DNA from: Schizochytrium sp. TIO01
Lineage: Eukaryota > Protista > Bigyra: Labyrinthulomycetes
Assembly: GCA_004764695.1 (NCBI GenBank)
Contig: SMSO01000031.1
Location: 1,650,436 to 1,714,435 of the forward strand
DNA: 64,000 nucleotides
Direction of reading: 5' to 3'
The translations under genes were made by a program, and so were the position numbers. The notes beneath the pieces were generated by a model. It made no database searches, was not told the origin of the DNA, and saw nothing but the letters and a program-made list of their open reading frames with translations. Of the stretch, positions 21,760 to 32,899 are shown one piece after another. Numbering within the stretch: the first letter of the stretch is position 1; each line of letters opens with the position of its first letter.

Positions 21760-24700
21760 TTATTCCAATCTAAAGTTTGCGCCAACAATATCTGGTGTTA
21801 GCAAAGGTGACAATAACTCTCTCAGAACGAGTCGAAGATTTCTATCCTGAATTTGTGCATTCCAGTACTCACGCAGACGTTCTGCGCGGAGCAACTGCCA
21901 CGCCTCACGAACCTGCTCAAATGAATCAGGAAAAAATGGATCTTGCCCAAGCTTTTTCAAGCAAGTTCTCACATGAGCATGACAAGCTCGTGAATTCTGA
22001 GAACTAAACTCAAGACACCAAGCGCAGAAGTGATGACCACAAGTATCAGTACCACACTTTACAGCGCAGCAACCGGCAAAATCGTGTACATATGCCTTAC
22101 AGTTTGGACAACATGTGCTCAAGATCTTCTCTTGAATATGGAGTAAATGCCGTTGTGCGTCGCGATTCTGTTCATCTGCACGCAAAACTTCTGCTATGCG
22201 CCTTTGGATCTCCTTCTCCGCCCAAACTGCTGCTTCATTTTCTGCCTTCATCTTCGCAATCAACAAAAGATGATTCAAAGCTGTTGGTGCAAGACGAGTG
22301 ATTTCTTGACCTGATATTCTTCCCCCACATTCAGGTTTCATGCATGTCATCGTTCCATCAGCATCCACTCTTACGTTAGCAAGTGGCTGTGACGCCGCTT
22401 CTACTGCAGATTTGATACAGTCTCTGCAAAGGAAGTCTCCCTCCTCGCAGCTCGTGCCCTCGGAAAGCAGATGCTCCTCCATGCATACTAGACATATCTT
22501 GACAGGGATCTTAGGAGCTCCAAAAGCTTCATGTTGGAGTGCTTGGTGAGCAGTTGGACGCTGGCCAGGGTCTGTTGCTGTAAGAGCATCGATAAGTGTC
22601 TGCATTGCAGCGGTTCGCTCAGTAGGATACAGCTCCTTTAAGCTTATGCCCACAGAGTACATGTCCATCGCTGTTTCAAACCTATCTACAGGCCCATTCT
22701 GCAACTCGGGGGCAACGTACCGTGGCGTTGCCTGGAGTGATGTGTAAGTTGCAGTGTAGTCTGCAACCTTGATGCCGTCAAAGTCGCCGATCAATGGTGT
22801 CCCGTTGCTTGTGAGAAAAATGTTTTCTGGTTTGATATCACAATGCACAATGCCATGGGTATGCAAATCCGCCACACCGATAAGCAGGCCCATAGCAAGT
22901 CGGTCGCGCACTGCTTTGCCTTCGTTAGGATGACTCTCAATCCACTTGGCAAGGTCACCTTGCTCGTAGAAAGGCATGAGGATACATCCACGCGGTTCTC
23001 CATTAGAGGTATCCACAAAAGCGCCAGTGATACGTATCACGTGCTGAGACACCACGTTTCCCATATTTGCAGCTTGCCTGTAAAATATTTTGTGTTGGCT
23101 CGAATGGCCGAGTTGAAATTGTTTCAAAACCATAGTTTTACCAACGTTGTCAAGAACCTTTTGTACTCTCTTGCCACCTCTGGAAGCAAGGGGTTCGCGG
23201 ACAGGCTTGAAGTCCGCGGCTGTGACATTCGTCAACCAAAGGTCAGAACATGCTACTTCAAAAACACCCTCTGCACTTACGTGAAGCCTTTCCAGCCAGG
23301 CTCTATCTTGCAGCAACTCTGGATAATGTTCCTGCGCGTGTTGCAGAGTCTCAGCAAGCTTATGACGAAAAGCTTTGCTAAGGTCGATAGGGTTGCCTTG
23401 AGAGAGAATGAGCTCTTGGTTTTTCATTCTATTTCTAAAATATGCTTGATCTTCCTCATCCAGGTCCTCAGCCACTAGTTCTGCTTCGGCGATTTTTAAT
23501 CTTTCTGTGGCTTTCCTTGACTTGTCGAGTTTCTGGTATAATGCTTCAACATCTGAGACAGAAGGTTCTTTCAAACCCAGTACTACATAGTCATACAGTC
23601 CAGAGAGCTCTTCTGGTGCGCACTTGCTCGCTTCATTTAACGCAGCACTTTTAGAATATCCTTCAAATCGAGCAAATGTTACACTTATTGCGCAAAGTAT
23701 TTCGGACAACTGGGCACGAAGTATATCTCCTTGTAGAGCTTCGATTTCTTCTTGAAGAGCACGCTCAAGTTCAGACAACTCCGGTTTTAGCTCCATGGCC
23801 TGCTCCGGTGTCCTCAGGGCAACCAATAATCCATCACCAAGCTTCAGCTCAGACAATCGAGAGATGACGCGCTTTACAGCTTGTTGGCTTCGTTCACCAA
23901 TGTTGTTGGATTGTCCTTCTCCACTCCTCTTATACTCTTCGACGCATTTGACAGCCTGAACAACGAGTTCTTGGCAGTGTTTAAAGTCATCTGTGCTGGT
24001 CTCTTCCGTGACTGGCGCAGGTTTGATATTTAGATGATCTACCAAACTTTCGACTTTCACTTTGAAATCTCGCCCTATATCTTCATCACTTTCGCAAAGT
24101 TTTGCGCGAACCCATGGGTACACAACCTGCAAAAGCGAATGCAGGCGACTTCGTTCGGCGTTCCGCTTTTCGATGAGGCTGGACAAGCCATCAACAGAGC
24201 TTGCACGAATCTTGCCTTGTAGTGCGTCAAGACCCTCTTTGGAGTTCTTGATGTCAGCGGAAAGCTGTCGCAACTTCACTTGGCCAAAGTAGCCCTGGAT
24301 CGCCGGTCCTACGAATTCCTCAAGCAAGGCAATCCCAGTCTGCAGGGAGTTTTCTCTGACCCCGCCTGGGTCCGCGCGCAAGTCCGAGACTTTTTTGGCA
24401 AGCTGCACCACATCAGCGAAACTCACGCTCCCTCCATCCGGCCGTTCTCTGAGGTGGACAAAAAGACGTAAACAAACGAGCAAAGTGAAGACATTTGAAG
24501 CAGCAACAGAGGCAGAAGCAAAAGTTAGGATCTCCAAAATATCTCAACAACACAATTTGTGGAATGAATGATCACACGATCCCTAACAAAAAACGCATGA
24601 ACTTACCCAGATATGTTCTCTCCAGGAGAACGCACCCTTTCGAACAATTCTTTAAAAGACAAATATACATCATAGAGACTGCGTCTTGTAAACGAATAAA

Positions 24701-27700
24701 AAAACGAACGAAAGAGAATAACAGTACTTGATAGAATAACGATGACCGCATCTAAAGATAGCTTCGCAAGTCTATGGAGACACAGAGAGAACCAGCAGAG
24801 GCAAAAGCAAAAGTTAGGATCTCCAAAATATCTCAACAACACAATTTGTGGAATGAATGATCACACGATCCCAAATAAAAAAACGCATGAACTTACCCAT
24901 ATATGCCATCTTGCTCACTCTTCGAGGCACAGAAATCGGTCTCTGATGAGGAGTAAATATCCTCTCCAGGAGAACACACCCTTTCGAACAATTCTTTAGG
25001 GGTTCCACGAAAGCTGTCATAGCTGCGTTTTGTAACGAATGTGAATACACGAATGAAAGAGAACAAGAGCGTTTGTTAGAAGCACGATTAACGCATCTAA
25101 AGACCGCCTCGCAAGTCCATAGAGACATGGAGAGAACCATAGATGTAAAGGCTCTGCGAAAGCTAGGCCCAGCAGCAGAGGGAACGGAACTTACTAGATT
25201 TGAACAGAAGGACATGCTTTGTGCAGGGACTTCGCGACAGCCTTTGCGCCCTCATCGCCAATGTTGTTGTCGTCAAGACTGTGAGTATAAATGAATAAGT
25301 TTGTTTTGTTCATTCGTTGTCAGGAAAGACACGTCCGGTCAGTTGATCCTGTTTTGTTTTATTTTTCCTCACAATAAAAAGCAATCACCTCTTCTTCTTC
25401 TTCTTCTGCTGCTGCTGCTGCCTATCAAATTATATTGATTTCCTTCTTCTCTTTGTAAAAAAGAAAAGACTTCTTTGCCTTTCTTTGCGTACCCAACTAC
25501 GTAAACTACTTAGGTAGTGTACCAGCAGTACTACAAACACCGACCACTAAAAAGAAAGAAAAAAAAAAACTTGGTCCTGACTATTACGATAGCTTTCCCT
25601 CGTGGATGATTCCACAAACGTACGACAAAGTTTGAAGGTTCTTGCATCCCTCGAGTGCCTTTGCGACGGCCTTTGCGCCCTCCGAGCCAATGTCGTTCCC
25701 AGAAAGACTGTGAGTATAAATGAATAAGTTTGTTTTGTTCATTCGTTGTCAGAAAACACAGGTCCAGTCAGTTGATCCTGTTTTGTTTTGTTTTTCCTCA
25801 CAATAAAAAGCAATCAGCTCTTCTTCTTCTTCTTCTTCTGCTGCTGCTGCTGCTGCTGCCTATCAAATTATATAGATTTCCTTCTTCTCTTTGTAAAAAA
25901 GAAAAGACTTCTTTGCCTTTCTTTGCGTACCCAACTACGTAAACTACTTAGGTAGTGTACCAGCAGTACTACAAACACCAAGCACTCAAAAGAAAGAAAG
26001 AAAAAGCTTGGTCCTGACTATTACGATAGCTTTCCCTCGTGGATGATTCCACAAACGTACTACAATTGTTGAAGGCTCTTGCATCCCTCGAGTGCCTTTG
26101 CGACGACCTTTGCGCCCTCCGAGCCAATGTTGTTGTGCCAAAGACTGTGAGTATAAATGAATAAGTTTGTTTTGTTCATTCGTTGTCAGGAAAGACAGGT
26201 CCAGTCAGTTGATCCTGTTTTGTTTTGTTTTTCCTCATAATAAAAAGCAATCACCTCTTCTTCTTCTTCTTCTGCTGCTGCTGCCTATCAAATTATATAG
26301 ATTTCCTTCTTCTCTTTGTAAAAAAGAAAAGACTTCTTTGCCTTTCTTTGCGTACCCAACTACGTAAACTACTTAGGTAGTGTACCAGCAGTACTACAAA
26401 CACCAAGCACTAAAAAGAAAGAAAGAAAAAGCTTGGTCCTGACTATTACGATAGTTTTCCATCGTGGATGATTCCACAAACGTACTTCAGATAAGTCAGG
26501 TTCTTGCATCCCTCGAGTGCCTTTGCGACGGCCTTTGCGCCCTCCGAGCCAATGTTGTTGTGCCAAAGACTGTGAGTATAAATGAATAAGTTTGTTTTGT
26601 TCATTCGTTGTCAGGAAAGACAGGTCCAGTCAGTTGATCCTGTTTTGTTTTGTTTTCCCTCACAATAAAAAGCAATCAGCTCTTCTTCTTCTTCTTCTTC
26701 TGCTGCTGCTGCCTATCAAATTATATAGATTTCCTTCTTCTCTTTGTAAAAAAGAAAAGACTTCTTTGCCTTTCTTTGCGTACCCAACTACGTAAACTAC
26801 TTAGGTAGTGTACCAGCAGTACTACAAACACCAAGCACTCAAAAGAAAGAAAGAAAAAGCTTGGTCCTGACTATTACGATAGCTTTCCCTCGTGGATGAT
26901 TCCACAAACGTACGACAAAGTTTGAAGGTTCTTGCATCCCTCGAGTGCCTTTGCGACGGCCTTTGCGCCCTCCGAGCCAATGTTGTTTTGAGAAAGACTG
27001 TGAGTATAAATGAATAAGTTTGTTTTGTTCATTCGTTGTCAGGAAAGACAGGTCCAGTCAGTTGATCCTGTTTTGTTTTGTTTTTCCTCACAATAAAAAG
27101 CAATCACCTCTTCTTCTTCTTCTTCTGCTGCTGCTGCCTATCAAATTATATTGATTTCCTTCTTCTCTTTGTAAAAAAGAAAAGACTTCTTTGCCTTTCT
27201 TTGCGTACCCAACTACGTAAACTACTTAGGTAGTGTACCAGCAGTACTACAAACACCAAGCACTCAAAAGAAAGAAAGAAAAAGCTTGGTCCTGACTATT
27301 ACGATAGCTTTCCCTCGTGGATGATTCCACAAACGTACTACAATTGTTGAAGGCTCTTGCATCCCTCGAGTGCCTTTGCGACGACCTTTGCGCCCTCCGA
27401 GCCAATGTTGTTTTCAGAAAGACTGTGAGTATAAATGAATAAGTTTGTTTTGTTCATTCGTTGTCAGGAAAGACAGGTCCAGTCAGTTGATCCTGTTTTG
27501 TTTTGTTTTTCCTCACAATAAAAAGCAATCAGCTCTTCTTCTTCTTCTTCTTCTGCTGCTGCTGCTGCTGACTATCAAATTATATTGATTTCCTTCTTCT
27601 CTTTGTAAAAAAGAAAAGACTTCTTTGCCTTTCTTTGCGTACCCAACTACGTAAACTACTTAGGTAGTGTACCAGCAGTACTACAAACACCAAGCACTCA

Positions 27701-30700
27701 AAAGAAAGAAAGAAAAAGCTTGGTCCTGACTATTACGATAGCTTTCCCTCGTGGATGCTTCCACAAACGTACGTTAAAGTTTGAAGGTTCTTGCATCCCT
27801 CGAGTGCCTTTGCGACGGCCTTTGCGCCCTCCGAGCCAATGTTGTTGTTGTAAAGACTGTGAGTATAAATGAATAAGTTTGTTTTGTTCATTCGTTGTCA
27901 GGAAAGACAGGTCCAGTCAGTTGGTCTTGTTTTGTTTTGTTTTTCCTCATAATAAAAAGCAATCAGCTCTTCTTCTTCTTCTGCTGCTGCTGCTGCTGCT
28001 GCCTATCAAATTATATAGATTTCCTTCTTCTCTTTGTAAAAAAGAAAAGACTTCTTTGCCTTTCTTTGCGTACCCAACTACGTAAACTACTTAGGTAGTG
28101 TACCAGCAGTACTACAAACACGAAGCACTAAAAAGAAAGAAAGAAAAAGCTTGGTCCTGACTATTACGATAGCTTTCCCTCGTGGATGATTCCACAAACG
28201 TACTCTAAAGTTTTAAGGTTCTTGCATCCCTCGAGTGCCTTTGCGACGGCCTTTGCGCCCTCTGAGCCAATGTTGTTGTTACGAAGACTGTGAGTATAAA
28301 TGAATAAGTTTGTTTTGTTCATTCGTTGTCAGGAAAGACAGGTCCAGTCAGTTGGTCTTGTTTTGTTTTGTTTTTCCTCATAATAAAAAGCAATCAGCTC
28401 TTCTTCTTCTTCTGCTGCTGCTGCTGCTGACTATCAAATTATATAGATTTCCTTCTTCTCTTTGTAAAAAAGAAAAGACTTCTTTGCCTTTCTTTGCGTA
28501 CCCAACTACGTAAACTACTTAGGTAGTGTACCAGCAGTACTACAAACACCAAGCACTCAAAAGAAAGAAAGAAAAAGCTTGGTCCTGACTATTACGATAG
28601 CTTTCCCTCGTGGATGCTTCCACAAACGTACGTTAAAGTTTGAAGGTTCTTGCATCCCTCGAGTGCCTTTGCGACGGCCTTTGCGCCCTCCGAGCCAATG
28701 TTGTTGTTGTAAAGACTGTGAGTATAAATGAATAAGTTTGTTTTGTTCATTCGTTGTCAGGAAAGACAGGTCCAGTCAGTTGGTCTTGTTTTGTTTTGTT
28801 TTTCCTCATAATAAAAAGCAATCAGCTCTTCTTCTTCTTCTGCTGCTGCTGCTGCTGCCTATCAAATTATATAGATTTCCTTCTTCTCTTTGTAAAAAAG
28901 AAAAGACTTCTTTGCCTTTCTTTGCGTACCCAACTACGTAAACTACTTAGGTAGTGTACCAGCAGTACTACAAACACCAAGCACTAAAAAGAAAGAAAGA
29001 AAAAGCTTGGTCCTGACTATTACGATAGCTTTCCCTCGTGGATGATTCCACAAACGTACGACAAAGTTTGAAGGTTCTTGCATCCCTCGAGTGCCTTTGC
29101 GACGGCCTTTGCGCCCTCTGAGCCAATGTTGTTGTTACGAAGACTGTGAGTATAAATGAATAAGTTTGTTTTGTTCATTCGTTGTCAGGAAAGACAGGTC
29201 CAGTCAGTTGATCCTGTTTTGTTTTGTTTTTCCTCACAATAAAAAGCAGTCACCTCTTCTTCTTCTGCTGCTGCTGCGTATCAAATTATATAGATTTCCT
29301 TTTGCCTTCCTTCTTCTCTTTGTAAAAAAGAAAAGACTTCTTTGCCTTTCTTTGCGTACCCAACTACGTAAACTACTTAGGTAGTGTACCAGCAGTACTA
29401 CAAACACCAAGCACTAAAAAGAAAGAAAGAAAAAGCTTGGTCCTGACTATTACGATAGCTTTCCCTCGTGGATGATTCCACAAACGTACGACAAAGTTTG
29501 AAGGTTCTTGCATCCCTCGAGTGCCTTTGCGACGGCCTTTGCGCCCTCTGAGCCAATGTTGTTTTGATCAAGACTGTGAGTATAAATGAATAAGTTTGTT
29601 TTGTGTTCATTCGTTGTCAGGAAAGACAGGTCCAGTCAGTTGATCCTGTTTTGTTTTCTTTTTCCTCACAATAAAAAGCAATCACCTCTTCTTTTGCTGC
29701 TGCGTATCAAATTATATAGATTTCCTTCTTCTCTTTGTAAAAAAGAAAAGACTTCTTTGCCTTTCTTTGCGTACCCAACTACGTAAACTACTTAGGTAGT
29801 GTACCAGCAGTACTACAAACACCAAGCACTCAAAAGAAAGAAAGAAAAAGCTTGGTCCTGACTATTACGATAGCTTTCCCTCGTGGATGATTCCACAAAC
29901 GTACTCTAAAGTTTTAAGGTTCTTGCATCCCTCGAGTGCCTTTGCGACGGCCTTTGCGCCCTCCGAGCCAATGTTGTTGTTGTAAAGACTGTGAGTATAA
30001 ATGAATAAGTTTGTTTTGTTCATTCGTTGTCAGGAAAGACAGGTCCAGTCAGTTGGTCTTGTTTTGTTTTGTTTTTCCTCACAATAAAAAACAATCAGCT
30101 CTTCTTCTTCTTCTTCTTCTGCTGCTGCTGCTGCTGCTGACTATCAAATTATATAGATTTCCTTCTTCTCTTTGTAAAAAAGAAAAGACTTCTTTGCCTT
30201 TCTTTGCGTACCCAACTACGTAAACTACTTAGGTAGTGTACCAGCAGTACTACAAACACCAAGCACTAAAAAGAAAGAAAGAAAAAGCTTGGTCCTGACT
30301 ATTACGATAGCTTTCCCTCGTGGATGATTCCACAAACGTACCCAAGTTGAGTCAGGTTCTTGCATCCCTCGAGTGCCTTTGCGACGGCCTTTGCGCCCTC
30401 CGAGCCAATGTTGTTGTTGTAAAGACTGTGAGTATAAATGAATAAGTTTGTTTTGTTCATTCGTTGTCAGGAAAGACACGTCCGGTCAGTTGATCCTGTT
30501 TTGTTTTGTTTTTCCTCATAATAAAAAGCAATCAGCTCTTCTTCTTCTTCTGCTGCTGCGTATCAAATTATATAGATTTCCTTCTTCTCTTTGTAAAAAA
30601 GAAAAGACTTCTTTGCCTTTCTTTGCGTACCCAACTACGTAAACTACTTAGGTAGTGTACCAGCAGTACTACAAACACCAAGCACTCAAAAGAAAGAAAG

Positions 30701-32764
30701 AAAAAGCTTGGTCCTGACTATTACGATAGCTTTCCCTCGTGGATGATTCCACAAACGTACTCTAAAGTTTGAAGGTTCTTGCATCCCTCGAGTGCCTTTG
30801 CGACGGCCTTTGCGCCCTCCGAGCCAATGTTGTTGTTGTAAAGACTGTGAGTATAAATGAATAAGTTTGTTTTGTTGATTCGTTGTCAGGAAAGACAGGT
30901 CCAGTCAGTTGGTCTTGTTTTGTTTTGTTTTTCCTCATAATAAAAAGCAATCAGCTCTTCTTCTTCTTCTGCTGCTGCTGCTGCTGACTATCAAATTATA
31001 TAGATTTCCTTCTTCTCTTTGTAAAAAAGAAAAGACTTCTTTGCCTTTCTTTGCGTACCCAACTACGTAAACTACTTAGGTAGTGTACCAGCAGTACTAC
31101 AAACACCAAGCACTAAAAAGAAAGAAAGAAAAAGCTTGGTCCTGACTATTACGATAGCTTTCCCTCGTGGATGATTCCACAAACGTACTTCAGAAAAGTA
31201 AGGTTCTTGCATCCCTCGAGTGCCTTTGCGACGGCCTTTGCGCCCTCTGAGCCAATGTTGTTGTTACGAAGACTGTGAGTATAAATGAATAAGTTTGTTT
31301 TGTTCATTTGTTGTCAGGAAAGACAGGTCCAGTCAGTTGATCCTGTTTTGTTTTGTTTTTCCTCACAATAAAAAGCAGTCACCTCTTCTTCTTCTGCTGC
31401 TGCTGCGTATCAAATTATATAGATTTCCTTCTTCTCTTTGTAAAAAAGAAAAGACTTCTTTGCCTTTCTTTGCGTACCCAACTACGTAAACTACTTAGGT
31501 AGTGTACCAGCAGTACTACAAACACCAAGCACTAAAAAGAAAGAAAGAAAAAGCTTGGTCCTGACTATTACGATAGCTTTCCCTCGTGGATGATTCCACA
31601 AACGTACCCAAGACGAGTCAGGTTCTTGCATCCCTCGAGTGCCTTTGCGACGGCCTTTGCGCCCTCATCGCCAATGCTATTATAAGAAAGACTGTGAGTA
31701 TAAATGAATAAGTTTGTTTTGTTGATTCGTTGTCAGGAAAGACAGGTCCAGTCAGTTGGTCTTGTTTTGTTTTGTTTTTCCTCATAATAAAAAGCAATCA
31801 GCTCTTCTTCTTCTTCTGCTGCTGCTGCGTATCAAATTATATAGATTTCCTTCTTCTCTTTGTAAAAAAGAAAAGACTTCTTTGCCTTTCTTTGCGTACC
31901 CAACTACGTAAACTACTTAGGTAGTGTACCAGCAGTACTACAAACACCAAGCACTAAAAAGAAAGAAAGAAAAAGCTTGGTCCTGACTATTACGATAGCT
32001 TTCCCTCGTGGATGCTTCCACAAACGTACGACAATTGTTGAAGGTTCTTGCATCCCTCGAGTGCCTTTGCGACGGCCTTTGCGCCCTCTGAGCCAATGTT
32101 GTTTTGAGAAAGACTGTGAGTATAAATGAATAAGTTTGTTTTGTTCATTCGTTGTCAGGAAAGACAGGTCCAGTCAGTTGATCCTGTTTTGTTTTGTTTT
32201 TCCTCACAATAAAAAGCAATCACCTCTTCTTCTTCTGCTGCTGCTGCTGCGTATCAAATTATATAGATTTCCTTCTTCTCTTTGTAAAAAAGAAAAGACT
32301 TCTTTGCCTTTCTTTGCGTACCCAACTACGTAAACTACTTAGGTAGTGTACCAGCAGTACTACAAACACCAAGCACTAAAAAGAAAGAAAGAAAAAGCTT
32401 GGTCCTGACTATTACGATAGCTTTCCCTCGTGGATGATTCCACAAACGTACTCTAAAGTTTGAAGGTTCTTGCATCCCTCGAGTGCCTTTGCGACGGCCT
32501 TTGCGCCCTCACGACCAATTCTTTTCCCACCAAGACTGTGTTTGTTTGTTTGTTTGTGAACAAGTGAGAGTAAGTATATGCCATTTCCAACTTCTTCATT
32601 AGTGCCACTACTAGTTCAATTCTATTCTTCTTCTACAAAGCTGACTACTACAACACATCGACGACACGATGCCTCCTCTTCTGTCTCCTCCCTTCTGCAT
32701 CGTGCACCTACCAAATCTCCGTCGTATCTTCTGTGATGTCCTCAATTCTCTCTGCTTTGGTCAT
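21760..32764 (-). CDS. 22-exon LRR - helical/coiled region - Ser/Thr kinase - RING1/RING2(RBR-like) protein, about 1483 aa
   Basis: Hand-spliced, all introns GT-AG and phase 2, no stops. Exons: 32712-32764 (MTKAERIEDITEDTTEI); LRR exons 32452-32535, 32030-32113, 31608-31691, 31189-31272, 30761-30844, 30342-30425, 29905-29988, 29490-29573, 29060-29143, 28632-28715, 28204-28287, 27773-27856, 27339-27422, 26914-26997, 26486-26569, 26061-26144, 25624-25707, 25195-25278; linker exons 24897-25022 and 24607-24678; terminal exon 21760-24448, in frame with the 925-aa ORF (VLK, HCDIKPEN, DFD, APE kinase motifs; Cys-rich fingers). Total 4452 nt. Confidence 0.88.
25195..32540 (-). repeat. ~430-bp tandem array (84-nt LRR exon plus ~340-nt intron), 18 exons and 17 introns
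   Basis: Unit spacing 415-437 bp; donor GTACGT and acceptor CACAG on minus strand; exon consensus LxxNNIGSEGAKAVAKALEGCKNLxxLx; intron holds a variable (CTT)n(CTG)m tract. Confidence 0.96.
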
Positions 32765-32874
32765 CGTGTTTTGCAGCAGTGAGTGTCACCTTTGATGGAT
32801 GGATTGATGGATTGATCAATCGCGTTGATATTGACTTTGCTTTGTCTTTGTCTTCGCTTTGCTTTGGCGCTCGA

Positions 32875-32899
32875 AAGAGAGAGAGAGAGAGAAAGAGAG
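32875..32899. repeat. (GA)n microsatellite upstream of the LRR-kinase start codon
   Basis: GAGAGAGA run about 110 bp 5' of the ATG at 32764. Confidence 0.75.

Noticed and set aside
24449-24537. N-terminus of the 925-aa ORF as a signal peptide or transmembrane segment
   Set aside because: It is pyrimidine-rich intron sequence ending at the CTCAG acceptor at 24449-24450, and part of it is duplicated in the neighbouring intron
25283-25293. GAGTATAAATG in each array unit equals the 5S upstream element, suggesting antisense Pol III transcripts
   Set aside because: It coincides with the minus-strand splice acceptor region (CATTTATACTCACAG) and no A/B/C boxes follow; coincidence is simpler, though small-RNA data could test it
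25730-32333. Repeated plus-strand ORFs (MFCSFVVRK...poly-Leu) as a small-peptide family
   Set aside because: They are antisense to the introns; the poly-Leu/Cys is just the CTT/CTG tract; some units have stops
25195-32535. Diversity-generating-retroelement mechanism using the nearby reverse transcriptases
   Set aside because: Changes are not adenine-specific, no template repeat is evident, and both RTs are ordinary Copia pol domains
25195-32540. CRISPR-like or non-coding satellite reading of the ~430-bp array
   Set aside because: The variable parts are a few codons inside open LRR exons with canonical splice sites; there is no repeat-spacer structure or cas gene, and the context is eukaryotic
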